A stretch of 64,000 nucleotides of DNA from Candidatus Treponema equifaecale (GCA_018064905.1 JAGHUJ010000052.1:13998-77997), one strand, 5' to 3'; shown: positions 48,215 through 57,249, counted from the stretch's first letter. Notes: generated from the letters alone by a model not told the origin. Program-made: numbers and translations.

Positions 48215-50005
48215 ATGGCAAAAAACAAACGGGCCCAAAAGCCACTTAAGTTAAAAGACATTCCAAAAGGTGACATTTCTTATTTTGTTTCTTATTTCAA
48301 GCCGCACTTAAAGCTTTTTCTGGCGGATCTTATGTTCGCCGTTATTGTTGCAGTTATTGATGTTGCGTTCCCTGTGATTTCCCGCACAACCTTGAACACT
48401 CTTCTTCCACGTTTTTCTGAAAATCCTTCACAGGTGGCAAAAATTTTCGTTCTGGTGATTGCAGGTTGTCTTGTCTTGTACGGACTTCGCACACTTGCCT
48501 ACTGGTTCATCACTTATTTTGGACATGTTTTTGGTGTTGCAGTTGAAAAGGACATGCGTGCAGACATTTTCCGGCACATTCAAAAGCAGTCCTACAGTTT
48601 TTTTGACAAGAACCGTACTGGAATGATAATGAGCCGTGCCACAACTGATCTTTTTGACATTTCTGAACTGGCTCACCACGGCCCTGAGGACTTGTTGATT
48701 TCGTTTTTGACTTTGCTGGGTGCTTTTGGCGTTATGCTGAGTATTCGCTGGGAACTGGCTGTAATCGTTTTTATTTCTCTGCCAATAATGATTTTTGTGA
48801 CTTACAATGGTCGAAAAAGGGTGATGAATTCCAGTGCCGGTGTAAAAATGCGTACGGCTGAAATCAACACTGAACTTGAAAGCTCCATTTCTGGAATCCG
48901 TGTTACAAAGGTTTTTACCAACGAAAAGTACGAAATGGAAAAATTTTCCAGCAGCAATCAGGCCTTTTTTGATGCAAAAAAAGAAAATTACAAGGCAATG
49001 GCTGGCATGCATTCAAAAATGGAATTTACAACCCATATTCTGAATGTTGTGGTTTTGGCTGTGGGCGGCTGGTTCATCATGCATGACCGAATGACTGTAG
49101 GTGACCTTGTTGCAGCAAATCTTTTTGTGAGCGCATTTCTTCAGCCGATTCGCCGCCTTACAAATTTTGTGGAACAGTTCAGCAATGGAATGGCAGGTTT
49201 TATGCGGTTCAGTGAAGTTATGCGAACCCACGAAGAAATTTATGAAAAATCTGATGCTGTTGAAATCACAGACTGCAAGGGTGAAATCAGCTTTGAGAAT
49301 GTGAATTTTGAATACAATGAGGGAATGGAAGTTCTGAAGGACTTCAATCTCAAGGTTCCTGCAGGTAAAACCGTTGCCCTGGTTGGTCCAAGTGGCGGTG
49401 GAAAGACAACTGTTTGCCATCTTCTGCCAAGATTTTATGATTATACGGAAGGAAAAATTACTCTGGATGGCACTGATATCAAGGATCTGACCATTGAATC
49501 TTTGCGCAGACAGATTGGATTTGTTCAGCAGGATGTTTTCCTCTTTGCCGGTACTGTTCGTGAGAATATTGCTTACGGAAAACCAGGTGCCACAGATGAA
49601 GAAATCGAAACAGCCGCTAAACGGGCAGAAATTTACGACGACATCATGAAGATGCCAAATGGTTTTGATACGGTTGTTGGTGAAAGGGGAATCAAGCTGA
49701 GCGGCGGACAGAAGCAAAGAGTCAGCATTGCCAGAGTTTTCCTGAAAAATCCGCCGATTCTGGTTCTGGATGAAGCAACTTCGGCATTGGACACAGTTAC
49801 AGAAATAAAAATTCAAGATGCCTTTGATGAACTGAGTAAAGGCCGAACAACCTTTGTAATAGCCCACAGACTCAGCACAATCAGAAATGCAGACATAATC
49901 GCCGTAGTCGAAAACAACAAAATAGTAGAAACCGGCACCCATGAAGAGCTTCTGGCTCGGAAAGGGGAGTATTACAAGCTACATACGGCGCAAAGCATAT
50001 CCTAG
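48215..50005 (+). CDS. ABC exporter, fused permease and ATPase
   Basis: TM domain; GPSGGGKTT, LSGGQKQR, VLDEATSALD, IAHRLST motifs. Confidence 0.93.
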   Translation: MAKNKRAQKPLKLKDIPKGDISYFVSYFKPHLKLFLADLMFAVIVAVIDVAFPVISRTTLNTLLPRFSENPSQVAKIFVLVIAGCLVLYGLRTLAYWFITYFGHVFGVAVEKDMRADIFRHIQKQSYSFFDKNRTGMIMSRATTDLFDISELAHHGPEDLLISFLTLLGAFGVMLSIRWELAVIVFISLPIMIFVTYNGRKRVMNSSAGVKMRTAEINTELESSISGIRVTKVFTNEKYEMEKFSSSNQAFFDAKKENYKAMAGMHSKMEFTTHILNVVVLAVGGWFIMHDRMTVGDLVAANLFVSAFLQPIRRLTNFVEQFSNGMAGFMRFSEVMRTHEEIYEKSDAVEITDCKGEISFENVNFEYNEGMEVLKDFNLKVPAGKTVALVGPSGGGKTTVCHLLPRFYDYTEGKITLDGTDIKDLTIESLRRQIGFVQQDVFLFAGTVRENIAYGKPGATDEEIETAAKRAEIYDDIMKMPNGFDTVVGERGIKLSGGQKQRVSIARVFLKNPPILVLDEATSALDTVTEIKIQDAFDELSKGRTTFVIAHRLSTIRNADIIAVVENNKIVETGTHEELLARKGEYYKLHTAQSIS

Positions 50006-50006
50006 A

Positions 50007-50122
50007 GTCATTTCGACTAAGCGAAGCGCATGGAGAAATCTTGCTTAATTTAAAATAGATTTCTCGACTACGCTCGAAATGACTGTAAAAAGGTAACGCT
50101 CGAAATGACTGTAAAAAGGTAA
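50007..50122. repeat. Complete REP-B element (50007-50083) with 26-bp duplication of its right end
   Basis: GTCATTTCGACTAAGCGAAGCGCATGGAGAAATCT...AGATTTCTCGACTACGCTCGAAATGAC; CGCTCGAAATGACTGTAAAAAGGTAA at 50071 and 50097. Confidence 0.9.
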
Positions 50123-50184
50123 TTGCATAAACTTCTCCAATGTGCTTTAATCAATTTGCGACTGATTCGCAAATTGAGGCGTAA

Positions 50185-50580
50185 ATGACTTACAACACAG
50201 AACAAAGATCTGTCCTGCTCAGCTTTTTAAGCACAAATCCCGACAAAACATTCTCAGCAAAGGAAATTGTAGCAGCACTGGCTGAATCACAAATCAGTAA
50301 AAGTGCAGTTTATCGCAATCTGGCTGATCTTGAATCTGAAAACAAAATCAAAAAAGTCTCAAAAAACGGTTCCAGGGAAGCATTCTACCAGTTTGTGGAT
50401 ATTTCTGAATGCAAAAATCACATTCACCTTTCTTGTACAAAATGCGGAATGATTTTTCACATGGAAGACGATGCTGCAAGAAAACTTGTTCATACAATGG
50501 AAGAAAATTCTGGCTTTGAAATCAGTGTAGGCGAAACAACTCTTTATGGTGTTTGCAAAAAATGTGTAGGTGCAAAATGA
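50185..50580 (+). CDS. Fur family regulator (probably Zur-like by context)
   Basis: ISKSAVYRNL, HIHLSCTKCG, YGVCKKC motifs; upstream of a metal ABC system. Confidence 0.88.
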   Translation: MTYNTEQRSVLLSFLSTNPDKTFSAKEIVAALAESQISKSAVYRNLADLESENKIKKVSKNGSREAFYQFVDISECKNHIHLSCTKCGMIFHMEDDAARKLVHTMEENSGFEISVGETTLYGVCKKCVGAK

Positions 50581-51578
50581 AATCAATAAAAATCAAATTT
50601 TTTTCTATATTTTTATCTGTAATGGCTTTGAATTTTATCGGCTGCAAAAAATCTGGCGAAAATTCAGCTTCATCAAAATCAAAAATCAATGTTGTTGCCA
50701 CAATTTTTCCTTTTTACGACTGGACCAAAAACATTTCGGCAGGTTCAGAAAAAATTAATCTGGAGCTGCTTGTAAAAAATGGCGTTGATTTGCATTCGTT
50801 TCAGCCAAGTGCCGGGGATATCATAAAAATTTCTTCCTGCGATGTCTTGATTTATGTTGGCGGTGAAAGCGATTCATGGGTTGATGACGTGTTGAAAAAT
50901 CCCGTGAATAAAAATCAGAAGGTTATAAAACTGATGGAAGTTCTTTCTGATTCTGTTAAGGAAGAAGAAATCGTTGAAGGAATGGTGGTGACCACAGACT
51001 CAACCACCGAGGAAACAGGCTCAATCACTGAAGATGATGAAATTGAATATGACGAGCATGTGTGGCTTAGTCTTGTGAATGCCAAGATTTGCTGTGAAAA
51101 AATTGCAGAAGTTCTGGCAACATTGGATGAAAATGAAAAATCGATTTTTGAAAAAAATCTTTCTGACTACACGGCACAAATTGACGGCGTTTGGAAAAGT
51201 TTATTTTCGGCAGAAAACATTTCAGAAAACCAAAATGCAATCATTATTTGTGACAGGTTTCCATTCAGATACATGGTTGATGAATTGGGAATAAAATATT
51301 TTGCGGCTTTTGCAGGGTGTTCAGCAGAAACTGAAGCCAGCTTTGAAACAATTGCATTTCTTTCTGGAAAAGTTCAGGAACTGGGATTGAACCGGGTTTA
51401 TGTAACAGAAAGTTCTGACAAAAAAATTGCAAGAACCGTAATAAAAAATGCAGGCCTGACGGAAAATGAATGCAAAATCATTGTCTTGAATTCAATGCAG
51501 AATGTGACAATGGCTCAGGCTCAGAACGGAATAAGTTACATTGAAATAATGAAGAAAAATTTTGAGGAATTAAAATAA
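50577..51578 (+). CDS. Zn/Mn ABC transporter substrate-binding lipoprotein (ZnuA/AdcA-like)
   Basis: Lipobox FIGC; DLHSFQPS, DEHVWLS, DRFPFRY motifs; ATG overlaps fur stop (ATGA). Confidence 0.88.
   Translation: MKSIKIKFFSIFLSVMALNFIGCKKSGENSASSKSKINVVATIFPFYDWTKNISAGSEKINLELLVKNGVDLHSFQPSAGDIIKISSCDVLIYVGGESDSWVDDVLKNPVNKNQKVIKLMEVLSDSVKEEEIVEGMVVTTDSTTEETGSITEDDEIEYDEHVWLSLVNAKICCEKIAEVLATLDENEKSIFEKNLSDYTAQIDGVWKSLFSAENISENQNAIIICDRFPFRYMVDELGIKYFAAFAGCSAETEASFETIAFLSGKVQELGLNRVYVTESSDKKIARTVIKNAGLTENECKIIVLNSMQNVTMAQAQNGISYIEIMKKNFEELK
50984..51009 (-). repeat. Degenerate REP-A copy inside the metal-binding protein gene
   Basis: ggtggtgaccacagactcaaccaccg, 20/25 identical to 24242-24266. 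Confidence 0.55.
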
Positions 51579-52301
51579 ATGGCACAGCTTGCTTGTGAAA
51601 ATCTTACAATTGGATATGACTCAAAGATAATTCTGAAAAATCTGAACTTTCAGGTGAACACCGGGGATTATCTTTGCATTGTTGGTGAGAACGGCTCTGG
51701 AAAATCTACTTTGATGAAGACAATTCTGCGCCTTTTAAAACCAATCGACGGAAAAATCACCACTGGAGACGGACTTTTGGCTGATGAAATCGGATATTTG
51801 CCACAACAGACCTATGTTCAGAAGGATTTTCCGGCAAGCGTACAGGAAATTGTTCTGAGTGGTTGTCAGAGCCGATGCGGAAAACGACCTTTTTACAATA
51901 AAGAGGAAAAGTTTTTGGCGCAGCAGAACATTGAAAAGATGGGAATCAGCCACCTTTCAAAAAAATGCTACAGGGAACTCAGTGGTGGACAGCAACAGAG
52001 GGTTCTTCTTGCAAGAGCCTTGTGCGCCACTCAGAAAATGCTTCTTCTGGATGAACCTGTAAGTGCACTGGATCCGGGGGCTCAGCAGGAAATGTATGCT
52101 TTGATTGAGCAGCTTCACAATGACGGGATTACAATCATTATGATCAGCCACGATGTTGAGGCGGCGCTGAAATATGCAACCCACGTCCTTCACATTGGGG
52201 AAGAAATTTTCTACGGCACAAAGGCTGAATTCATTCACAAATCCACTTGTCCAGACTGCAGTGGCCAGATTAAACGAATTTTCAACAGGAAGCTTATCTA
52301 A
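51579..52301 (+). CDS. Metal ABC transporter ATP-binding protein (ZnuC-like)
   Basis: GENGSGKST, LSGGQQQR, LLDEP motifs. Confidence 0.9.
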   Translation: MAQLACENLTIGYDSKIILKNLNFQVNTGDYLCIVGENGSGKSTLMKTILRLLKPIDGKITTGDGLLADEIGYLPQQTYVQKDFPASVQEIVLSGCQSRCGKRPFYNKEEKFLAQQNIEKMGISHLSKKCYRELSGGQQQRVLLARALCATQKMLLLDEPVSALDPGAQQEMYALIEQLHNDGITIIMISHDVEAALKYATHVLHIGEEIFYGTKAEFIHKSTCPDCSGQIKRIFNRKLI

Positions 52302-53128
52302 TGGAAACATTGATTCAGTATTTACATTTCACTTTTGTTCAGTACGCATTTATTGTCGGTATTTTGATTGCCCTCTGCTCGTCTTTGCTGGGGGTAACGC
52401 TGGTTCTAAAAAGATTCAGCTTTATTGGCGACGGTCTTAGTCATGTTGCTTTTGGTGCTATGTCAATTGCTGCTGTTCTGAACCTTTCCAACAACATGTA
52501 TCTTGTGCTTCCGTTTACTGTAATTTCTGCGATTCTGCTTTTACGCACCGGGAAAAACACAAAGATTCAGGGTGATGCGGCTGTGGCTATGATAAGTGTT
52601 TCTGCTCTTGCTTTGGGCTATCTCATAATGAACCTGTTCAAGTCTTCTTCGAACCTTGCAGGCGACGTGTGCTCAACCTTGTTTGGTTCAACTTCAATCC
52701 TCACTCTTACAAAGGCTGAAGTTTGGCTTTGTGTTGTGCTTTCTGTTGCCGTAATTTCCTGCTTCTTCATATTCTATAATAAGATCTTTGCGGTGACTTT
52801 TGACGAAAATTTTGCTCAGGCTGTTGGAACTCACGCTTCAATTTACAATCTTGTAATTGCAATCATCATTGCGGTAATCATTGTGCTGGCTATGAATCTT
52901 GTTGGCTCACTTCTGATCAGCGCGCTGGTTATTTTTCCGGCACTTTCAGCAATGCGAGTGTTCAAAAGCTTTAAGTCGGTAACAATTTGCTCTGCCTGCA
53001 TCAGCGTTGTTTGTTCACTGGTCGGTCTTGTGATTTCAATTCTGGCAGGAACTCCAGTTGGTTCAACAATTGTAGCTGCGGATCTTCTGGTTTTCCTTGG
53101 CTTTTATATTGTAGGAAAAATTAAATAA
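52301..53128 (+). CDS. Metal ABC transporter permease (ZnuB-like)
   Basis: GDGLSHVAFG, TFDENFA, VGSLLISAL motifs. Confidence 0.92.
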   Translation: METLIQYLHFTFVQYAFIVGILIALCSSLLGVTLVLKRFSFIGDGLSHVAFGAMSIAAVLNLSNNMYLVLPFTVISAILLLRTGKNTKIQGDAAVAMISVSALALGYLIMNLFKSSSNLAGDVCSTLFGSTSILTLTKAEVWLCVVLSVAVISCFFIFYNKIFAVTFDENFAQAVGTHASIYNLVIAIIIAVIIVLAMNLVGSLLISALVIFPALSAMRVFKSFKSVTICSACISVVCSLVGLVISILAGTPVGSTIVAADLLVFLGFYIVGKIK

Positions 53129-53129
53129 G

Positions 53130-53690
53130 ATGAGTGATTCAAAATTGAGAGAGAAAAAATCGGACGAGCCGGCAGTAGACTGCAGACGGATTTCCTGCGA
53201 GTATTATCGTTGTTATGCTCGTAAGACTCAACCGTCGCAAACAACACTTTGTGCCGCTGCAATCCTTCTCGTGTTTGCTCTGATTTTTGCTTCATGTTCA
53301 AAAAAAGCACCTGCTCCTGAAACAAACTTTGTGATTCCGGAAAATGCCACTGAAATTCCAGATATTGACCTTTCAAAAATGAATGCAAACATGGTATATG
53401 CCCAGGTTTTTGACATGATGATTGCTTCAGAATCATATGCAGAAAAAAGAATAAAAATGTCCGGAGCTTTTGAAATTTATCCAGCTGCAGACAATGGCAA
53501 AAAAGCTTATGCAATCATTATTTCTGATGCATTGGCATGCTGCAAGACGGGAATTGAGTTTCAGTACAATTTCGAAAATCAAGAGCCGCAGCCCGGCACA
53601 GAACTTACGGTCACAGGAACATTCAAACTTACTGAACTCCAAGACGGAATTCAATATTTCTTCATAGAAGCTGAAAAAGTCGAACAGTAA
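53130..53690 (+). CDS. Hypothetical lipoprotein-like protein associated with the metal ABC operon
   Basis: Hydrophobic stretch with FASC lipobox preceded by an unusually long N-region; DALACCKTGIEF motif. Confidence 0.6.
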   Translation: MSDSKLREKKSDEPAVDCRRISCEYYRCYARKTQPSQTTLCAAAILLVFALIFASCSKKAPAPETNFVIPENATEIPDIDLSKMNANMVYAQVFDMMIASESYAEKRIKMSGAFEIYPAADNGKKAYAIIISDALACCKTGIEFQYNFENQEPQPGTELTVTGTFKLTELQDGIQYFFIEAEKVEQ

Positions 53691-53698
53691 AAATCCTC

Positions 53699-53747
53699 TT
53701 GACAGGTGTTTCTATCTACAGTAACATTGTTACTATAAATAGAAACA
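53699..53747 (+). promoter_or_regulatory. trpE promoter overlapped by a 41-bp palindrome
   Basis: TTGACA at 53699; arms 53707-53726 and 53728-53747 are 18/20 complementary. Confidence 0.8.
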
Positions 53748-53758
53748 ATGAGGTAACT

Positions 53759-55186
53759 ATGGACGGAATATATAAGTGCATTTCCAGCGAAAGATACACA
53801 CCTTATTCACTGGCAAGAAAAATTGGAGCAGTGGCTATTCTTGAATCTGCAAGCTTTGCAAAGGGTCGTGAACGATATTCAATTTTGATGACCGAAGAGG
53901 CTTTTAAAATTGTTCAGGATGACGATGGAGTTGCCTTTATTATAGAAGGAAATCGTGTTCCATTTAAGGCAACTGAACCAAGTCTGGATGCTTTGGGTCA
54001 CGAAAAACCTGCTGACATTCTGGATGCCCTTTTGTATGTTGCAAAACAGAATGAAGGCTTTGAAAAAACAAACGAAATTCCGGTTCCAGCTTCGGGAATG
54101 GGTTATTTGAGCTATGAATTTGCCCGCCGCTGCGACAATATCCGCTTTTTTGAACAGGAAGACGAACTGGGAGTTCCAGAATCTCTTTTTATTGCAGGCC
54201 ACATTTACATTGTTTTTGACCACTTTACTGAAACAATGCACATTTTCGGTTTTAACTACAACGAGCACAAAATTGACATTAACGCAGCAGTAGACAAGCT
54301 GGTTAAACGCCTTAACGACATGGACTTTTCTTATGTTGCAGAAGAAAATCAGACTTTTGAATACAAAATGATTACTGACATTGAAAAATCAAAGGCTGAA
54401 TATACACAGAAGGTTGTTGAACTTAAAAAACACATTGTTGACGGCGACATCATTCAGGCAGTTCCAAGCCGTCGCGTTCAGTTTGAATGTAAGGCAACTG
54501 CAATGCAGGTTTATGGAAAACTTCGCCATGTAAATCCAAGTCCATACATGTTCTACCTTGATTTCGGCACTTTCCAGCTTACAGGTGCGAGTCCGGAAAG
54601 CCTGGTACGAGTTCGCGACGGAAAAGCAAGCATTCATCCGATTGCCGGAACCTGTCACCGCGGCAAAAACGATGCAGAAGACGAAGCACTTTCAAAGGAA
54701 TTGCTTTCAAATCCAAAAGAGCAGGCTGAACATCTTATGCTTGTTGATCTGGCTAGAAACGATTTGGGACGCGTTTGCAAGCAGGGAACAGTTACAGTTC
54801 CTCAGTACATGGAATGTGAAAAATTCAGCCACGTAATCCACATTGTTTCAAATACAGAAGGAATCGTTCGTGAAGGAGTAAAACCAATTCAGGTACTTCG
54901 CGCTTCTTTCCCGGCCGGAACAGTTTCTGGTGCTCCAAAAATCAGCGCAATGCAGATTTTGAGCCGCCTTGAAAAAACGAAGCGAAGATTCTACGCAGGT
55001 GCAGTAGGTTACATCCAGAACAACGGCGACCTTGATTTCTGTATCACAATCCGTTCAGCTCTCCTGAAAGACGGAATCTGGAACCTTCAGGCCGGCGGCG
55101 GAATTGTAAACGACTCAAACCCAGAAAGAGAATTCACTGAAACTCAGGAAAAACTGGGCGCGTTGATTGACACTTTGACAAAATAA
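53759..55186 (+). CDS. trpE: Anthranilate synthase component I
   Basis: NPSPYMFY, ASPESLV, PIAGT, EHLMLVDLARND, FPAGTVSGAPK motifs; start moved to ATG 53759 after GAGG. Confidence 0.95.
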   Translation: MDGIYKCISSERYTPYSLARKIGAVAILESASFAKGRERYSILMTEEAFKIVQDDDGVAFIIEGNRVPFKATEPSLDALGHEKPADILDALLYVAKQNEGFEKTNEIPVPASGMGYLSYEFARRCDNIRFFEQEDELGVPESLFIAGHIYIVFDHFTETMHIFGFNYNEHKIDINAAVDKLVKRLNDMDFSYVAEENQTFEYKMITDIEKSKAEYTQKVVELKKHIVDGDIIQAVPSRRVQFECKATAMQVYGKLRHVNPSPYMFYLDFGTFQLTGASPESLVRVRDGKASIHPIAGTCHRGKNDAEDEALSKELLSNPKEQAEHLMLVDLARNDLGRVCKQGTVTVPQYMECEKFSHVIHIVSNTEGIVREGVKPIQVLRASFPAGTVSGAPKISAMQILSRLEKTKRRFYAGAVGYIQNNGDLDFCITIRSALLKDGIWNLQAGGGIVNDSNPEREFTETQEKLGALIDTLTK

Positions 55187-55192
55187 GAAAAA

Positions 55193-55218
55193 GGTGGTTT
55201 CGACTGGCTCAACCACCG
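55193..55218 (-). repeat. REP-A copy in the 42-bp trpE-trpGD gap
   Basis: ggtggtttcgactggctcaaccaccg. Confidence 0.92.
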
Positions 55219-55228
55219 TGGAGAAAAT

Positions 55229-56827
55229 ATGATTTTAGTTATCGACAATTACGACTCGTTCACTTTTAACGTTGTTCAGAGTCTTCAGATGTATACAAAC
55301 GAAGAAGTAAAAGTTGTCCGCAACGACGAATGCACAATCGAACAGCTTGCTGCAATGAATCCAGCATATCTGGTAGTTTCACCAGGACCGGGAAATCCAA
55401 GTCAGGCTGGCGTAAGCGTTGAAGCAATCAAATATTTTGCAGGAAAAATCCCTATTCTGGGAATCTGTCTTGGTCATCAGTCAATCGGTCAGGCATTTGG
55501 TGCAAAAATCGTACACGCAAAAAATGTTTGCCACGGAATCGTTCAGGACATTAAATTGGATGGCAAAGGACTTTTCCGCACAATCGGAAAATCATGCAAG
55601 TTCACACGATATCACTCACTTGTAATCGATGAATCAACATTAAGCGATGAATTTGAAATTACAGCCCGTGCAGAAGACGGTGACATTATGGGTATCCGTC
55701 ACAAGACTCTTCCAATTGAAGGCGTACAGTTCCACCCAGAAAGCATTGCTTCGGACAAATGCCGTGAACTTTTCCAGGCTTTCATTAAATACCGCCGCGA
55801 AAATCTTGATGTACCGGCATATTTGAACCAGCTCATTGCAAAAAAAGATCTTACAGAAGAACAGGCCGCAATGTTCATGGAATATGTAACAGACGGAAAC
55901 ATGGAACCAGCCGTAATGGCAGGTATTTTGATTGCCATGGCTTCAAAGGGAATTTCAGCCAGCGAAATGATTGGTTGTGCCCGCACTCTGCTTCTCAAAA
56001 AAACACCATTCCCATGCGAAAAGAAAGGACTTGCTGAAATCGTAGGAACTGGTGGCGACGGAAAGGGTTCATTCAACATTTCTTCACTTTCGGCAATTGT
56101 AGCAGCCAGCTGTGGTCAGCCAATGGCAAAACACGGAAACAGAGCAGTTTCATCAAAATCAGGTTCTGCAGATTTCTATGAAAATCTCGGAATCAACATC
56201 ATGGCAGCCCCAGAAAAAACAGCCCAGCTTGTTGAAAAAACAAATTTCGGCTTCCTGATGGCACCAGTTTATCATGCCGCAATGCGTTTTGCCGGTCCTG
56301 TAAGAAAGGCTCTGGGTGTAAAAACTGTCATGAACGTGCTTGGACCACTTTTGAATCCGGCCGGAGCTGAATATGAGGTTCTTGGTGTATATTCAAAGGA
56401 TCTTCTTCAGGATTACGCCCGCTCAGCAAAATCGCTGGGAGCAAAACGCGTAATTGTTGTGTACTCTGATGACGGTTACGATGAAATTTCACCATGCGCT
56501 CTGACACACGCATATCTGATTGATGAAAAAGGTAATGAAAGTCAGTTTACAATCGATCCAGCCAAGTTTGGAATTACAGATGCAGATGAAGAAGAACTGA
56601 TGGGTGGAGACGGAGCAGCAAATGCAGCACTTGGTCTTGAAATTCTCAAAGGTGCAGGCAAAAAGACAATCCGTTATGCAGTAGGCTTGAACACAGCTGC
56701 AATTCTTTACATTACAGGCCGCGCAAAAAACCTCAAGGAAGGCTACGACATGGCTCTGAACGCATTGGACACTGGAAAAGCCATGGCAAAACTGGAAGAA
56801 ATTCAAGCCGTAAGTAAGAGTTTGTAG
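55229..56827 (+). CDS. trpD: Bifunctional anthranilate synthase component II / anthranilate phosphoribosyltransferase (TrpG-TrpD)
   Basis: IDNYDSFT, SPGPG, GICLGHQ, QFHPES; VGTGGDG, KHGNRAVSSKSGSAD motifs. Confidence 0.95.
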   Translation: MILVIDNYDSFTFNVVQSLQMYTNEEVKVVRNDECTIEQLAAMNPAYLVVSPGPGNPSQAGVSVEAIKYFAGKIPILGICLGHQSIGQAFGAKIVHAKNVCHGIVQDIKLDGKGLFRTIGKSCKFTRYHSLVIDESTLSDEFEITARAEDGDIMGIRHKTLPIEGVQFHPESIASDKCRELFQAFIKYRRENLDVPAYLNQLIAKKDLTEEQAAMFMEYVTDGNMEPAVMAGILIAMASKGISASEMIGCARTLLLKKTPFPCEKKGLAEIVGTGGDGKGSFNISSLSAIVAASCGQPMAKHGNRAVSSKSGSADFYENLGINIMAAPEKTAQLVEKTNFGFLMAPVYHAAMRFAGPVRKALGVKTVMNVLGPLLNPAGAEYEVLGVYSKDLLQDYARSAKSLGAKRVIVVYSDDGYDEISPCALTHAYLIDEKGNESQFTIDPAKFGITDADEEELMGGDGAANAALGLEILKGAGKKTIRYAVGLNTAAILYITGRAKNLKEGYDMALNALDTGKAMAKLEEIQAVSKSL

Positions 56828-56829
56828 AA

Positions 56830-56864
56830 AATTAGGAAGTAGGAATGAGGAATTAGGAGTTTGG
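56830..56864 (+). repeat. Heptamer array (5 units)
   Basis: aattagg aagtagg aatgagg aattagg agtttgg. Confidence 0.75.
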
Positions 56865-57004
56865 AGGTTCCGGCGGCAAGCCGCCGTCGGGCTTTTCGTG
56901 GTTCCGCCTTTCGGCTCCATTCTAAAATCACTATGGAGGTTTCGACAGGCTCAACCACCGCCGTGATTTTAGAACGCCTGCGGCGCCACTACAATCCCTA
57001 ACCC
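56863..57004 (-). repeat. Family C element with nested REP-A (56935-56960)
   Basis: Reverse complement GGGTTAGG...GCCCGAC...GGAACCTCC; perfect 12-bp stem ttctaaaatcac/gtgattttagaa encloses REP-A. Confidence 0.8.
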
Positions 57005-57057
57005 GAGAAATCGAAAAGGTAAAAACTAAAAGTTGTCAGTGGGAAAAATCTGGGATT

Positions 57058-57231
57058 CTTAAGGGCGGAGCCCTTAAGCGGTGCCGGGAAGTTGGGAGGT
57101 TTAAGGAGGGAAGAAACCCTCGCTTCCGAGTAGGTAGGGAGTGCCAGGAGAGTGAAAAACGCATGAGATGCGTTTTTAGCGAGTCTCTTGAACAGCTATG
57201 CTGTGAAAGGTTGCTTCCCTCCTTATCCCCT
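57058..57231 (+). repeat. Family E large hairpin element
   Basis: cttaagggc-ggag-cccttaag hairpin; long stem aaggagggaag.aacc / ggtt.cttccctcctt; inner aaaaacgcat/atgcgttttt. Confidence 0.55.
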
Positions 57232-57249
57232 GACATGGAAATGTCAAAA

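Noticed and set aside
49013-49942. 309-aa antisense ORF
   Set aside because: Typical shadow frame opposite an ABC ATPase.
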